Positions 43,374 through 58,680 are shown, counted from the first letter of the stretch. The stretch: DNA of 64,000 bases from Octopus vulgaris (GCA_951406725.2 OX597826.1:40362001-40426000), one strand, 5' to 3'. Notes: generated by a model from the letters alone, not told the origin. Program-made: numbers and translations.

Positions 43374-44109
43374 CCATGATTTTTCCAAGGATTGCTGTTA
43401 TAAGATAATTAATAATGTGTCAATTAATAATTTAAGAATTTACCTTATACTGAAAGATAATATTTCAATTTTTCCATGTAAGTGATGATAATATTTCAAT
43501 TTTTTTCATGTTTCATGTAAATATATGTTGAGATTGAATCATTTGACATTACCCATCCACAAATAGTTTTGTAGCATATTAGGAGATCACAGGAATTCAC
43601 TCAAAGAAAAAAAAAGTTCCAATGATTCCGGGGTTTTGGGTGGAGGTAGTGAAAATCGTGCGTGTGATAATATAGTAATTTACCAAAATGTTGTTGTTAT
43701 TTAGCCTCAAACCAACCCTGATACTGCAAATCTATCATCAAAGACATTCCAGCTTTCAGAAAACTGTCTTTTTAGGGATAATATAGGACATTACATAGAA
43801 TGGGCATATGATTTAGGTAGGGAGATACATTGGCTGCTATTTTTAGCGTGTCGAGCGACTAGGAAGAGGCTGTTTCATTGCTTTGCGTACGTGATGAGAC
43901 CTCTTTTACACATACATGTATAATATGTATGTATATTATCGGCAGAATTTAGAGAGTAAGTCAAAAGCTGAGTGTTTCGTGTATTGGCACTTATCAAAAA
44001 CGAATTTCTCCATTGTCACTGTGTAACTTCTGACGGAATAACTTCTAAAATACAAAATTTTGTCAAAAACGTTAAGAGTAAGCCCTGCTCTATGTGACAC
44101 ATTGTACCA

Positions 44110-44290
44110 GTATCGGAAGTTTCAAAGGGTTTAGTTTTAAAAAAAATAATTAAATAATCTGTACGTCAAATTGAATAGATCCGAAATGAATACAAGGAAA
44201 AGTCGAACTCGGCGGAATTTGAACTCAAAAAGAAAACACGGGAAATATCGCTGAGCATTTCGGCCGGCGGGATAATGTTTCTGCCAGATA
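44110..44290 (-). mobile_element. Degenerate SINE family 2
   Basis: GTCGAACTCGGCGGAATTTGAACTCA...GAGCATTTCGGCCGGCG...TTCTGCCAG. Confidence 0.65.
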
Positions 44291-44739
44291 ACCCTCTAAG
44301 AATGCAAACATTCATTTTAGTCATATATTCTTTATTCTAATTGCTTAAGCATTACTTCTTACTTCCTTACATACTGACATAAAATTTCGTGGCATTTGTC
44401 CCCATAATGTTTTCTCATTTTTGTTCAATGCGGCTAAGGATTCTCAATTCCTTATGTACTGTTCTATCATTTAAGCTTAAGAAAAGTAAACTTTTATTTT
44501 AAATTAAAAAGTTTATGTTAATTGAAGATGAATACCTGCCTTACCGCTCCCCATGAAGTCGCAGATATTTTGATGTAATTTTTCTTCTACTGAACCAAAT
44601 CTCAAACTATTTATGCCAAAGTGTAGCTGAGGAGTTGTCACCTTTAAAACTCTGAGAACTGAATTAGTGAAGCTTGGAAGCTGCTGCGATTAATGAAATG
44701 GTGGATTTAAGAATATATTCAAACACTACCGTGGTTGGA

Positions 44740-44785
<46 letters not shown>

Positions 44786-44841
44786 GAAATATTAAAATTA
44801 CTAAGTCTCTATAAAAGAGATTACGGCAGCGTTTACTGGAA

Positions 44842-45299
<458 letters not shown>

Positions 45300-45779
45300 G
45301 TTAACGAGATCTGTGTGTTCGCGAATGTGGAATATGTTCAAAGGAAGAACTTTAATTTCGGACAATTCATTCGAGTAAATACGCTGAAATATTTGTTTTG
45401 TTCTAGCGTTTTCCTTCCATAAATAAAATTAAATGGAGCCGAAAAGGATAACAACTTATAAAATAAATTTCATTATCGTCACTTAATTAAATTTGTCATG
45501 ATAAAGATCAAAGGATGAAGGACCAAATAAAAAGGCCAGAGATGGTACACACAAACACACACCCACACAAACACACACCCACCCACACACACACACACAC
45601 ACGTGTGTGTATATATGTGTGTGTGCGTGTGCGTGTGTCACCACTTGTTATATAGTTACATTTTCTGTCATTTCTTAATTATTTTTGTAAACACTTATAT
45701 AAAGTTTTAAAGTTTTAGGCATCTAAGTTTTTTATTGTAAATTTACGACATCATTTTCTGTTACGTTCTGCTATCTATT

Positions 45780-45846
<67 letters not shown>

Positions 45847-45847
<1 letters not shown>

Positions 45848-46055
45848 TCTTTTATTCTTTTACATGTTTGAGTCATTTGACTGCAGACATGCAGGAGTAC
45901 AGCCTTTAGTCGAACACATCGACCCCTAGGACTTACTCTTTGCAAGCCTAGTACTTATTCTATCGGTCACTTTGTCGGACCGCTAAGTTACTGGAACGTA
46001 AACACACCATCATCAGTTGTCAAGTGATGGTAGGGAGATAAACACAGACAAAACA
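45847..46055 (-). mobile_element. SINE family 1, 3' portion
   Basis: Matches 62150-62345 (GCCTTTAGTCGA...AAGCCTAGTACTTATTCTATCGGT...GCTAAGTTAC). Confidence 0.8.
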
Positions 46056-47093
46056 TGTGTATATAATGATAATCATGATGGTCATAATGATTATTATAAT
46101 AATACTGTTTATTACCCGAACACCTCCCTAAAGACATCTCTTAGCGTACCCTTTAGCTGCCTACCCAGGTCACGCACCGGTGCACCTTCCAACACTAAAA
46201 CTGCCGATGCACCTCAAAGTGGTGTACGCGTCGGCCTGCCCAGTGAGCATAGGAAATGTATGCCTGAGAATGTATGTGTGGCTTATAGTATAACCTTGAG
46301 TCCTGTACCAATGCAGTTGTCATGGTAATATTGGATCGTATGCCTGGAGAGCTATGCTTAATGATGTAGCTGATCACGGACCGTTCAACGTCTCGACGCT
46401 GCCGCTGCCCATGATGTCGTTGGAGGAGCTGGTGGATCCCTTAGTAAGAGCAAACTCTAGGACACCACCTCTCGGCACGGACTCTAGACGTACACTCCCT
46501 AGAAATGTAAACCCTACACGCCAGTCTGTTTCCCACTCCAGTTCGCAAACTGACTGCTATTTGCGCTGGACTAGGTTTGGCCGTTCCAAGAACATTATCT
46601 AGTTTAACCTTCCCATCAGCAGTTCGTTGAATAAACTCGCTGGACAAGAGCACTTACTACCGCGACTAGATTCCACTGGATCTTCAATAAGAATGCAATC
46701 CAGCTGTCGTACTCTACCTCCACGAAACTTGGATTTATTATCAACGACTGTAGGAGGCTGAAGCAATGGGGTCAGACATCTGGGTTCCGGTGTACAAATG
46801 TATATATTTATAAATATGGGTGTGCACGAACGTTTGCGCATAAGATGATTAAGAAATTAATTAATCCCTGTTCAACGCAATTTCCTCAAACTTTACAGGA
46901 ATAAAGCAATTGAGATAATAACTAAGATATTCTTAAAGTTTCCGTGATTCGTATATTTCGAAATCCCGTGTAGGCTCGCGTTGTCTCATGTATTCCCATG
47001 AAAATGGAAATGAGTACCAGCACTTCGGTGTGGCACACTTGCACACTTTTGAAGAGCTCTTCAAATAAACTATCACTTACTTTGTTAACAAAT

Positions 47094-47150
<57 letters not shown>

Positions 47151-47155
47151 GTGTA

Positions 47156-47550
47156 CGAGGGCGAGCTGAAAAAAGTTTATTGGCTGACTATAAAGTAGTG
47201 ATTCTAGAGCTGTGAACGAATTTGTACTCATCTCAATAATAACTGCATTATTTCTTTCCAAATAAACTGGCATATGACTATTCAAAAAAGACTTCAAAAT
47301 TTGGTATCGTGATATTAGCATGTACCTGCAGAAAAATGCTTTGGCCCCAAGGACATTCATGCTAGGATGATTGTCAACACTGCAAAAATGAATAGCTGAA
47401 TTTAGGATGGGAAGGGAGAGTCTTGAAGGTAACCCAAGTTCTTGATGTCTAGCAACCACCACCACCACCACCACCGAGGAAAACATTGATCGTGTTCACC
47501 AAATGCCGATGCATGACAGACGAGTGGCTATAAATCAAATAGCCATGAGA
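47156..47550 (+). mobile_element. Mariner 5' remnant (TIR plus transposase N-terminus)
   Basis: TA|CGAGGGCGAGCTGAAAAA. Translation YLQKNALAPKDIHA...EFRMGRESLE...TEENIDRVHQM...DRRVAINQIA. Confidence 0.75.
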
Positions 47551-48254
47551 TAGTTCAGCTCAGTACTCACATCACACGCCCACTCACATTACGTATACAC
47601 ATTACTTACATTACATACACACCCACAAGCACCTTCCCACCCTATACATATTAGTAACCAATACATCCCCCTCAGTACCCACACCACACACCATTATGCA
47701 CACTTCCTAACACACTCACATGCACATGCATTCCCACGCACCTTCCCACACCACACACGCTAGCAACCAATATCTGCCACACCCCACCTCCTCTCACACC
47801 ATCCCACCTACCCTCATCCCATCTCACCTACCCTCACTCCTATCTCACCTACCCTCACCCCATCTCATCTCACACCTCTATGCATTCCCCCACAATACAT
47901 AGCATTCACCCAAAAACACAAAACGCCTGAACTCAGACAATACACACACTCGCATGCTACACGCATAAACACATACAACTTCCGCACAGAAAATAAACAC
48001 ACCAGTACACGAGACACACCTCACACCACATAATGTATGCACTACGTTACTTATACACTTACACGCACGAAGGTCCACATAATTTCAAGCTCGCCCACAC
48101 ATACACACTCACGCACTCGTCCACATTCACACATACACACTCACACACACCATCCTCAGATACACTCGCGATCGCGCAGCCTACTTCGTCCAGATTACTA
48201 TTACTATATCCCATTCACTCTCCCTTTTTCAACATGTTGAACCGTTAATCCCAA

Positions 48255-48452
48255 CATTTTTTCTTCCTCCCTCAGTTTTGTTTCCTTCTCGCTCCACTTT
48301 TTCTTGTTTTTACCTTTTAATCCTTTCTGTTGAAAAGCATAGGCTCGAAATGTCAAGGACGTTTCCATTCTTCCCCAGCGTTAAACTAATACACAATGCT
48401 TGTTGTTCCTTCACCTGTCTTCGTCTTTTGTTTTCTGTAAATTTGAACTAAA
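48255..48452 (+). mobile_element. pLTR-like repeat related to 56320-56678
   Basis: CCTTTCTGTTGAAAAGCATAGGCTCGAAATGTC...TTCCATTCTTC...GTTAAACTAATAC...CACCTGTCTTCGTCTTTTG...AAATTTGAACT is shared with the arms near 56.4-56.7 kb. Confidence 0.6.
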
Positions 48453-50869
48453 TATTTATATATATAAATATATTGACAAGATTATGATGCTTCACCGAGC
48501 AGAATTTGTCTGTGGCAATAATACCACCACTGCCGTATATTTGTTTTTATTGTTCACTGTATTGAAAATTGAAAATATAATAGAATTTTTACCTCAATAA
48601 CCATATTCATTTGCAACTGATAACTAATGCTGCTTTTACACACACATACACGGTTACACACACATATATATATGTTTGTATATATATATATATATGTGTG
48701 TGTGTGTATGAGAGAGAGAGAGTACATATATCTTGCTATATATATATATACACATATGCATATGTGTGTTTGTGTGTGCGTGCGCATGCGAGCGTGTGTG
48801 TGTGTGCGTGTGTGTGTATGTGTGTGTGTGTAAACAGAAATAGCTATCACTCGGAAATGAATATCATTGTCATGTTAAAAAAAAAATTAAACAAGATGAA
48901 TTTTCAATTCAAATTGGAAAAATTTCATAAAAAAAAGCAAATATATAGCAATTATAGAACAAATATATATTAAATACAAAAGAACGATGATATTGTTTCT
49001 ATTTCAGTTTAAATAGCCATTAGTTAAATCCATTCATGAATAACAAGGAAATAGGTTATTTCATTTCTGATTTTGAGAGTTTGCGGGGCTTCAATATTAA
49101 AATACTTTATTGCCATTTATAACTATCAAGTTTTATGGATTGTGTGTTTAATTAAGAAATCATCTTTCTTAATATAATTGAAAATATGATCAATATTTAA
49201 ATTGCCAATCCATGAAAGTGGTTCCTGTTTTAAATATACTGGGAGCAAATTACAGGATGTTATATTATATTGAATTCAAGAATATAATATCTATTAAATA
49301 TTTGTAAAATTCGGTTTTACTATCAGTGCATTAAATCATTTGCTAGCAATTTAAATGAAATTACAAATAATAACGGTTACACAACCACTTGAATAACTGT
49401 AACACCACCGAGTAATCAGTCTTTCTAGATTGTACAATAAATGTACAGAAGTGTAAGGATGTTCCTGTATGTCTCCCTCGATTTGCTGACAGATCAAATA
49501 TTCACTGCAACAATGACAACACTGCTGTCATCAAAGTCACTTTGTAACTAGAATCTATCAAAGTACGTTGCGTATAGAATTGTACTTGACTGAAAAGAGA
49601 GAATATTGTCATCAAAATCACGATGCAACAAGAATTTATTGAAGTAAGTTAGAGACAGTTGAGTTAAAATGTTGGACTACCAAAGCAAAAAGGTTAATGA
49701 TTCGTAGCACGACACTCACTGGCTCTGCCATATATTCTTGACCGGACTATTTAACAACCTGTGTCATGTCAACTTTTTGACAGAAGCAGCCGTTATCTTT
49801 GCCGTTCTTTTGTCAGTTCTGGTGGATCAAGTCAATTACTTCAATCTTATTCATCAGTAATACCGACATGAATGTTACATACATCCTACTGACGTAGAGG
49901 TGAGAGGAAGCCATCTCTTCTCATATTTAAACTTTTAAGAGCAAATGAACGAACCTAAAACACTTGTCCTATTTACGCTGTTCACTCCTTCTCCAGCGGT
50001 ATGCTGTTATCACTTTGTCCTACAAAGTTACAGCTAGATCACCAACTCTATTTCCGATTTCAATGTAGTAAAAAAAAGATATACTACGTCATCACTTCTC
50101 ATTTTATTGTCCAATACTTTGTCCACCTTCAAAGTCCCTGCTCTTCTAATGTTCCGGGCTTAAAGTCAATGTCCTGTGTGTTTGCTGTAGCGTTAGAAGC
50201 GTTCAAACCAGAAACATATAACGTAGCACTAAATCTGTATTCATCGAGATATTTAAATGTCGCTACTATATATTTAACTACAATAATCTGAATTGCATGA
50301 CATCACACCGTCCTATAATACATCATTCTATATTAGATTTTTGCATAACTACCAAAATGAAATATCTCAGTATTCGTAGTGTTTAATATTTCACTTTATT
50401 AATGTTTCTTTGAATTGTTAGAAGCAATAGCGTTAATGACGAAGAAACAAAAATAAACTACAAATAATATAATCACGGTATATTTTAAATAAAGGCGGGG
50501 CTTATAAATTTATTTATAGATATTAAAACGTATTTGACAAAATCTTCATTTTTCAGGGGCGAAGGTCAAACAACGTAAACAGGAAAAAACAGAATCTAAA
50601 GTTAGTGAGGAAGAAGAGAGAGAAGCAAAGAGAAAGAGAGAGAGTAAGAAGATAATGAGAGAAAGAGTATAAAAAGAGAGGGGAGAAAAGGAGAGAGGAC
50701 AGAGGGAGAATGAAAGAAAAACTAGAAAACAGCTGCGTTTTGTTTGTTGAATAAAATGCATAAAATTGAAGTAGACTAGTTTATTAAAACATTTGCATAA
50801 ATTGATGAAGGGGTAAAGTTTTTAAGTGACTGATAAGGGATGGAGACAGAAATATATAACATTAAGGAT

Positions 50870-51968
50870 TTCCCGAGTTTCAGTGGCAGGGTTTCTCTAA
50901 CAGGGTTGTCTCAGTAATTTCTGGTGGGGGATGCTTTGCTTTTGTGCTGCAATTAAGAATTCTCCAGTCTCTGTTTTGGGCCCTGAGCTTCTCAGCTATT
51001 GTTGGGAATTTGTATTGTTTATTTCTTTTGCATTTAGTTTAACCCAGTATTAGCCATGAAGGGGCTTTTCTAGCCATCGTTTTATCATGATCCGTTGCTG
51101 TTCCAGTTTTAGTTTCGATTTCAGTTGTTTTACAGCTTTTATTGTTTCTTCTTTTTCTCCATAGTTGTTAGGTAGTATGACGTCTTTTTTTTTTTGTATT
51201 TGTCAGCTTCCTTAAATACTGATAACAGTTTTTTTGTTTTGATCGTGTTTTGTGGATGTTTGTATTAAATTTCTCGCTTCTGAAGTAGGTATTTTTGTAA
51301 TCTTATGGTGGTTATTTTGTAATAGCTTTCTAGCTGTATAAGGCCTCTACCACCTATATATACCACGTCGTATATATAACCATTCTATGCCAGATTTTGA
51401 GTGGTGCATCATAAATCCTGTCATTATTTTTCTTGTTTTCGTGTTTGTTTTGATTAGTTCATTTAGTGTCCAGTAACTTATAACTGGGACAGCTAGAGTG
51501 TTGACACTTATTATCTTGTTTTTCGCATTGAGCTCCGTTTTCAGTATTAACCTAACTTATCTATAGTATTCTTTTTTTATTTTCTCTTTCATTTGTGTGT
51601 TGTACCGTATCTAGTTCACTGATTCCTAAGTATTTGTATGTCTGGCTCTGGTCTAAATCTCTTATTTCATTGGCTTTATCTAGTGTGATGTTGCTACTCT
51701 TCACTAGTTTTCCTCCTTTCAGGGTTGCTTTGCCGCATTTTTATAATCCAAATTTCATATCTATTTCTTTGGTAAATCCATGTACTGTCTGTAATGGTGT
51801 TTCCAGCTATTTATCATTTGTAGCGTATAGTTTTAGGTCATCCATATATAAAAAGTGGCTGATTGTTTAGCCGTAACATTTGTATCCTCATCCAGTTCTA
51901 TTTAGCATATCAGATAGAGGTATCAGTACCAAGCAGAAAAGGAGTGGAGAGAGTGTGTCTCCCTGGAA

Positions 51969-51970
<2 letters not shown>
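50870..51970 (-). mobile_element. R4/Dong-clade LINE reverse-transcriptase fragment
   Basis: IFQGDTLSPLLFCLVLIPLS...ISHFLYMDDLKLYA...KFGL*KC...YKYLGI...ILKTELNAKNKI. The 5' truncation abuts (TAA)n at 51970-52130. Confidence 0.9.
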
Positions 51971-52023
<53 letters not shown>

Positions 52024-52039
52024 ATTATTATTATTATTA

Positions 52040-52089
<50 letters not shown>

Positions 52090-52131
52090 ATCATCATCAT
52101 CATCATCCTATTTATTATCATTATTATTATT

Positions 52132-52350
52132 AAGGTGGTAAGCTTGCTTAATCGTTAGTACGCCGGATAAAATGCTTAGCAACATTTAGTTCGTCTTTAC
52201 GTTCTGAGTTCAAATACCGCCGAGGTCGATTTTGCCCTTCATCATTTTGTGATCGATGAAACAAGTACTATTTAAGTAGTGAGGTCAATTTAATCGACAT
52301 ATGTCCTCTTCCAAAATTGCTGGCTTCGTACCAAAATTCAAAATCATTAT
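52132..52350 (+). mobile_element. SINE family 2 (diverged)
   Basis: AATCGTTAGTACGCCGG...GAGTTCAAATACCGCCGAGGTCGATTTTGCCCTTCATC. Confidence 0.8.
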
Positions 52351-53751
52351 TATAGGCCACATTTACCTTTCAGACAGAAGACCAAAATATTCACTTGAAG
52401 CACCACAGTAATGTAATTTAAACTCGACTAAACTGCTTCAGCTTGAGTGGTAAACAGTTGACTTGGCTGAATTTCCAACTATCGGAGACGTGAACTTTGT
52501 CATTGATATTGCCTTTATATACTTGATCATACTCCTTCATATTCAGCGTCAGATCCCTTAATATATTTAAACAAGGGCATACATTTACAATTAGAGGGTT
52601 TATCTTTACCATCCTTACTCTATCATAACCCTTGTGATGTAAAAATGTTAAGAGAGGAAACCATTTCTGCTGCTACTTCTATCGATACTATGAATTGAAC
52701 CTGTGACTCATTTGTTAGTATGACCACCAAAGTGAAAACTTGCTCTTACATTAATGTATATGTACATGTATATAGTACAAGTATATAGTCAAACCACCTT
52801 TTCTGTTTTAGATTTAAATGCTTTGTTTACTGATATATCTCACTATCTATGACAGGGAATACGAATTGTTCACCTCTGTAGTCTTTGCCCTGTACCCCTC
52901 ACCCTATCCCTAAAGACCACACTTCCCTTTTTGTCGTCTCACAGCGTTTGTGTCAAACCCGAAACTCTATACACCTTGCTACAAAAATTTATGGGTCGCT
53001 ATGCATAAACATAAATACAATGCACTCTTTTGTAACTCTATACACTATTCTAAACTATAAAATATCACGTATATAATACACCACAATAAATCATACTATA
53101 CTACCCAACGAAACATAATAAGCATGCAATAGACCACAATATAGCACGCTAAAAAATCACAAGTATACGTATAATAGACAACAATGCATCACAAGTATAC
53201 ATATAATAGGCAACAATACATCACAACACATTACACTTTATAAAAGTATGAAAATGTAATAGCTCATATGTAACATTGTTTAATATTTCTTCCGAACTGA
53301 TGATTTTTTTAGAAATCTATTGGCAACAAGAACGTCAATAGCAATATTAAAACGTTAATAATATAAATAACAATAAGTGTAATAATATAAATAATACTAA
53401 ATGGAATAATATAAATAATAATAAATTTAATAATGCAAATAATAGCAGATACTTTAAGACAAAAATACCACTAACATATAGATGTGGAACAGTTGTAGTA
53501 GAAAAATACATCAAACGAAATAATTTCTATCATGCAATATTTTCATATAAAAGAGGTCTTCTATCCATTGAATGCCTTTAGGAATATGAATCGTATATGC
53601 ATACATACTACACGCATACATTCATACAGGCGAGCAAACAAACACACAGGGAGATACAAGCACATGCGCATATACACACATATATATATGTGCATGAACA
53701 ATAACAAGAACAACAACAACAAAAACAAAAAACAACAGCAACAACAACAAC

Positions 53752-53920
<169 letters not shown>

Positions 53921-54510
53921 TAATAAGTAATAGTAAAGTAAATGCCTGATGCAGTACCAGCTACTGGCTCTCTCTCATAGCTTCTCATCTTAACTGATTA
54001 TATTATGGGCTACAGCAAATATTTTGTTCAATACCACAGATTTGTTTGTCAGTTGCTTGACCTTTACAAGTTGAGCCTGTCCCCTAGTGGCTGCCGATAT
54101 GTGCATTTCTGATGACGAGCAGAAGTAGGGGGGAGCATCACATGCATGTGTTGAGAAGAATTCTTTGGGGTTTGGATAATTCACCTTTGGAAACCTTTTA
54201 CCCCAGTGTCATTTTGATGGCATACACTGCTCTGTTACTGAGTAATGATAATGAGGATAATAATGGTGGTTGTGGTGGTGGTGGTGGTGGTGGTGGTGGT
54301 AATGGTGGTGGTGGTGGAGGTGGTGGTGGAAATATGAAGGTTATAGTCAATGAGGAGAGTAAACGTGATACCAATAGTGATTGGTACGCTTGAAAATATC
54401 AGCAACTCAATAACAACATGAATGAAAAAGATTGTTGCAAGTCTGAAGATAGGGGACCTACAAAAATCAGCATTGCGTAGCAGTGGCTGCCACTGAAACA
54501 CAATGCTACG

Positions 54511-55002
54511 CAGTAAGTAGCTTGCTTACCAACCACATGGTTCTGGGTTCAGTCCCACTGCGTGGCACCTTGGGTCAGTGTCTTCTACTATAGCCTCGGG
54601 CCGACCAAAGCCCTGTGAATGGATTTGGTAGACGGAAACTGAAAGAAGCCCGTCGTATATATGAAAATATATATATATATATATGCGTGTGTATGTATGT
54701 ATGTTTGTATGTATGTATGTATGTACGTAGGTAGGTATGTATGTATGTATGTATGTAGGTATGTATGTATGTATGTGTGTGTATGTGTTTGTGTGTCTGT
54801 GTTTGACCCGCCAACATCGCTCGAGAACCGATGCTGGTGTGTTTACGTTCCCGTAACGTAGCGGTTCGGCAAAAGAGACCGATAGAATAAGTACTAGACT
54901 TACAAAGAATAAGACCTGGGGTCGATTTGCGCGACTATAGGCGGTGGTGCAGCATGGCCACAGTCAAATGACTGAAACAAGTAAAAGAGTAAAAGAGAGT
55001 AT
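54511..55002 (+). mobile_element. SINE family 1, near full length
   Basis: B box GGTTCAGTCCC, 5' body to GAAAGAAGCCCGTCG, internal (TATG)n, 3' body, (GTAAAAGA) tail. Confidence 0.9.
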
Positions 55003-55437
55003 TGCGTGGAACGGCAAGAATTCTTCGCAACGTTCTTGAAGCATGACCAGTAAACTAGTGTCACCTTAGTCTGCTGGCTGTGGACAGCTGACACTTTCCA
55101 TCTTACCCAGCAAAATAAGCTTTGAGATTTCATATAATAATAAAGATAATTGTAATTAAAACCAGCAATTCATCATTATCGTTATTTCGGTTTTCGGCCT
55201 GCTAAAAGGTTTCTTTATAATAATATGCAGACTTATTCAATTAGTGAAAACGGGGTTTATATGTTAAAAACCGAAAACGGTGATTATAATGTAAAATATA
55301 AAATATTTAATATATGGAGATATGAAGGTGGGTACATTTTTATAGCTGTATGAGAGAAATATAACGATACTGATGTAATAAGGAAAACGAAAAGCTAGAG
55401 ACTTGTAAGTTTGTATTTATGTGTGTATTTATATCAA

Positions 55438-55975
55438 TACGAGCAAAACGCCCCCCCTCCACGTCCAATGGACAGTGCTGAATCATATCTATTGAATAAA
55501 AAGCAATCAGTGTTTTCTTTTGATTAAAAAATAATTAAGCATGCCTTTATTTCAATAAACGAAGTTAAGGCAATAAAAACACTTCTTTAGAAACCAAAGT
55601 CTTTCCTTCCTTCATGCCAAGTTCGAAGAAAATATCTATTTTGCATCTTACTTTTTTGATCTCTTAAATATACTGCATTTTGTGGCATTATTTCAAGCCA
55701 GCCGGCTCTTTTGTGCAAACTGCACGTGCATTTTTCTCGCGTACGCGTAGTATCGATGGCAACAGCTGATGTACTTGCGCGTACAAATGCACGTTCCCAT
55801 GGCTTTATCGATCGCATTCTCACCTGGAATCGATTTTTGTAATTTTTTCAAGACTTATACACGTCTTGATATCGTCGGTATCTACATATCAAATTTGAGC
55901 GCAATCGGATGCAGGATGCCCGAGATCCGAGAAGACAGAGAGAGAGAGAAACAGAACGGATTTTATATAAGCGAT
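55438..55975 (-). mobile_element. Probable non-autonomous Helitron-like element
   Basis: Minus strand begins ATCGCTTATATAAAATCCGTTCTGT(TC)n...CATCCGATTGCGCTCAAATTTG, a Helitron 5'-type layout. The 3' end near 55438 is degenerate. Confidence 0.45.
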
Positions 55976-56225
55976 GTGAATGGCTGTGAGAGTAAAGAAA
56001 AGATAAGCAATAAACAAATATCAAAACAAGAGAACAAAGGAGATGGAAAGAGATTGATACAGAAATGCTGAGAAGGAGGGAGAGAGAGAGAGAGAGAGAG
56101 AAAGAGAGATGAATGCTGTTAAAGAAAAGGATGGAATGAGAGACGGAAGTCGTCTAATTTGGAAGGCCAGGGTCGTGATATAGCCTTGATGCACGTGATA
56201 TAGCCTTGATAGGTAGATAGATAGG

Positions 56226-56309
<84 letters not shown>

Positions 56310-56356
56310 AAGAGTCAGAGTTCAAATTTATAGAAAGCAAAAGACGTAGACAGGTG

Positions 56357-56427
56357 TATTAGCTTAACACACGAGAAGAATGGAAAAGCTTTTGCTGTTT
56401 CGAGACTATGCTCTTCGACAGAAAGGA

Positions 56428-56487
<60 letters not shown>

Positions 56488-56672
56488 TACATGCATATAT
56501 ATTGGAAATTTCATCATATTGAATCGTTAATTCTTACACATTTATTTCTCTTTTTGTTTTGTTTTTCTTTCTTTTTTTTCGTTCTCTCCCAATTTTTTCC
56601 TTATCAGTCCTTTCTGTCGAAGAGCATAGTCTCGAAACAGCAAAGGCTTTTCCATTCTTCTCATGTGTTAAA

Positions 56673-56678
<6 letters not shown>
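56357..56678. repeat. Inverted ~72-bp pLTR-like arms around a (TA)n-containing spacer
   Basis: 56357-56429 is an imperfect reverse complement of 56606-56678. The arms contain CTTT-CTGTCGA-A-GAG...CTC-GAAAC. Confidence 0.8.
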
Positions 56679-56743
<65 letters not shown>

Positions 56744-56827
56744 GTATGTAATATATATATATATGTATATGTATATATGGATGTGCATGTGTGTATACAT
56801 ATAGATATAGATATATACATATTTATG

Positions 56828-56897
<70 letters not shown>

Positions 56898-58031
56898 CGC
56901 GCGTGTGTGCGCGCGTGTGTGCGCGCGTGTGTGCGCGCGCGTGTGTGTGTGTGGAGAGAGAGAGAGAGAGAGAGAGAAAATCAGTGATGAAGGGAAGGAG
57001 AAAGATTAAAGACTGACGAAGAATTAAGCTCCATATTTTGGAATAGAAAAAGAAAGCAGCAAGTATAGAATAATTTCGGGAATCGAGTATGGGCGTATCG
57101 GAGAAGTAGGCAATGGTTGTAGTAATATTATTATTAACAGTGATAGCAATAATGTTTGGAAGACATAAAATGGTTGAAGCAGGAGAGTTAAAGAGAAAAA
57201 TTCAAGCGGCAAAACTAGCTAATCAAGCGATGTTGCACGGTGTGGGAATCTAATCGGTAAATCGATTTACCGGTGACTTTCCTGCATGGCTTCGTTTGCT
57301 TAGCTGCTCACGTTTAGCTAGATTTGCCGTTTGCATCTATACCTTTAACTATATCAATCCAACCATTTCATGTAACCCAAATTTTATTGTTAGTATTATT
57401 GCAGCCAATAGCTGCAGAAATATAAATATTATTGAAGGAACGCGCCACCAACGTAAGCAATATTTACTGGAATATAAATATTCCGGAAAATATTGACTAC
57501 TTTTATGTTGTGGTGCTACACGATTTCAGCAAATACCTATCCTTATACTGGTCTACTTTCTGCTTTTCTTTTCCAATATAACCATCTAAATTCTTTACTT
57601 TCCGAGCCTATCTAGCATATTTCTGTTCGTTCTATAGAATCGGCAAAATTCTACCAATAACTCAGCAAAACTGTGTTTTCATTTATTCACATTTATTCTA
57701 GTTTACTGTTACTTAAAGATTCTAATAACGTATAAGCCAGATTGTAATCAATTGCCCTCTTTTCTTGACACAAACTAATAATAATACAAACGACGAATTT
57801 CTTCACAATTGGACATGAAAAATTCTTACTTTTCTTTAGGTTTTCCTCGTGAACAATGGTCAGTCTGAACATTTAACCTCTATTATTATTTAAATTTCTT
57901 CCATTTCCTACAGCATAATGACTTTTATCACCAACCAATATTTTAAATAATTCCATTCAGAAACAAATCTTCCCTCGTATTTTTAATTTCATTCTTTTTG
58001 TTGACTCTACACACGTCATATGTACATGATG

Positions 58032-58076
<45 letters not shown>

Positions 58077-58601
58077 CTAGTTGTTATTTCTATCAAAGTA
58101 AGTGCCTCTAACACCCTAGTCTTATTTAATGACAATTATAGTTTTCGCCTTTGTTGAAAACACTGCAAACTTCTGTCTATAGTAATTTTGTGTGTGTGTG
58201 CGCGCGTCTGTCTGTCTGTGCCCGTGTATGCGTGCGTGTGTATGTATGCTAGATCGTATAAAATCGCTGATAATAGATGTATATAAGTGTGGCTGAAATA
58301 TATCAAATTTTAACATCAAAAGAGAAACTTAATGGCAGACAGGAACGTGTTACATCCTGTAAATACTCTTCTACATATGTGTTTCAAAAATTTTATTAAA
58401 TGTATTATTTCAAGGTTTATATTTGATGATAAAATACTTATTTATTTATTTATTTATTGCGAATATATGTATATGTATGTGTGTATGCATATGTGTGTAG
58501 GTCTATATATGGATTACTGTGTATGTCTGCATATTTATGTGCAGATAATGGTATATGTATATATATATATATGTGTGTGTGTGTGTATGCATACGTATAT
58601 A

Positions 58602-58680
58602 CAAGGGTTCGATAAAATAATGGACTCGTACAAAGTTTGAATTGTTTCCAAAGGAATTTTTATCCATTCTTCATTGCTAT
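58602..58680 (-). mobile_element. Tc1 transposon remnant
   Basis: EEWIKIPLETIQTLYESI is a Tc1 transposase C-terminal motif. It lies next to the TIR-like TA|CAAGGGTTCGATAAAATAATGGA. Confidence 0.55.

Noticed and set aside
53940-54235. Complex segment after a long (TAA)n, possible exon
   Set aside because: No recognisable protein motif or splice structure. Probably an interspersed repeat that I cannot classify.
57213-57250. ACTAGC...GTTGCACGG as a Helitron 3' end on the minus strand
   Set aside because: The hairpin is degenerate and no matching 5' end was found.
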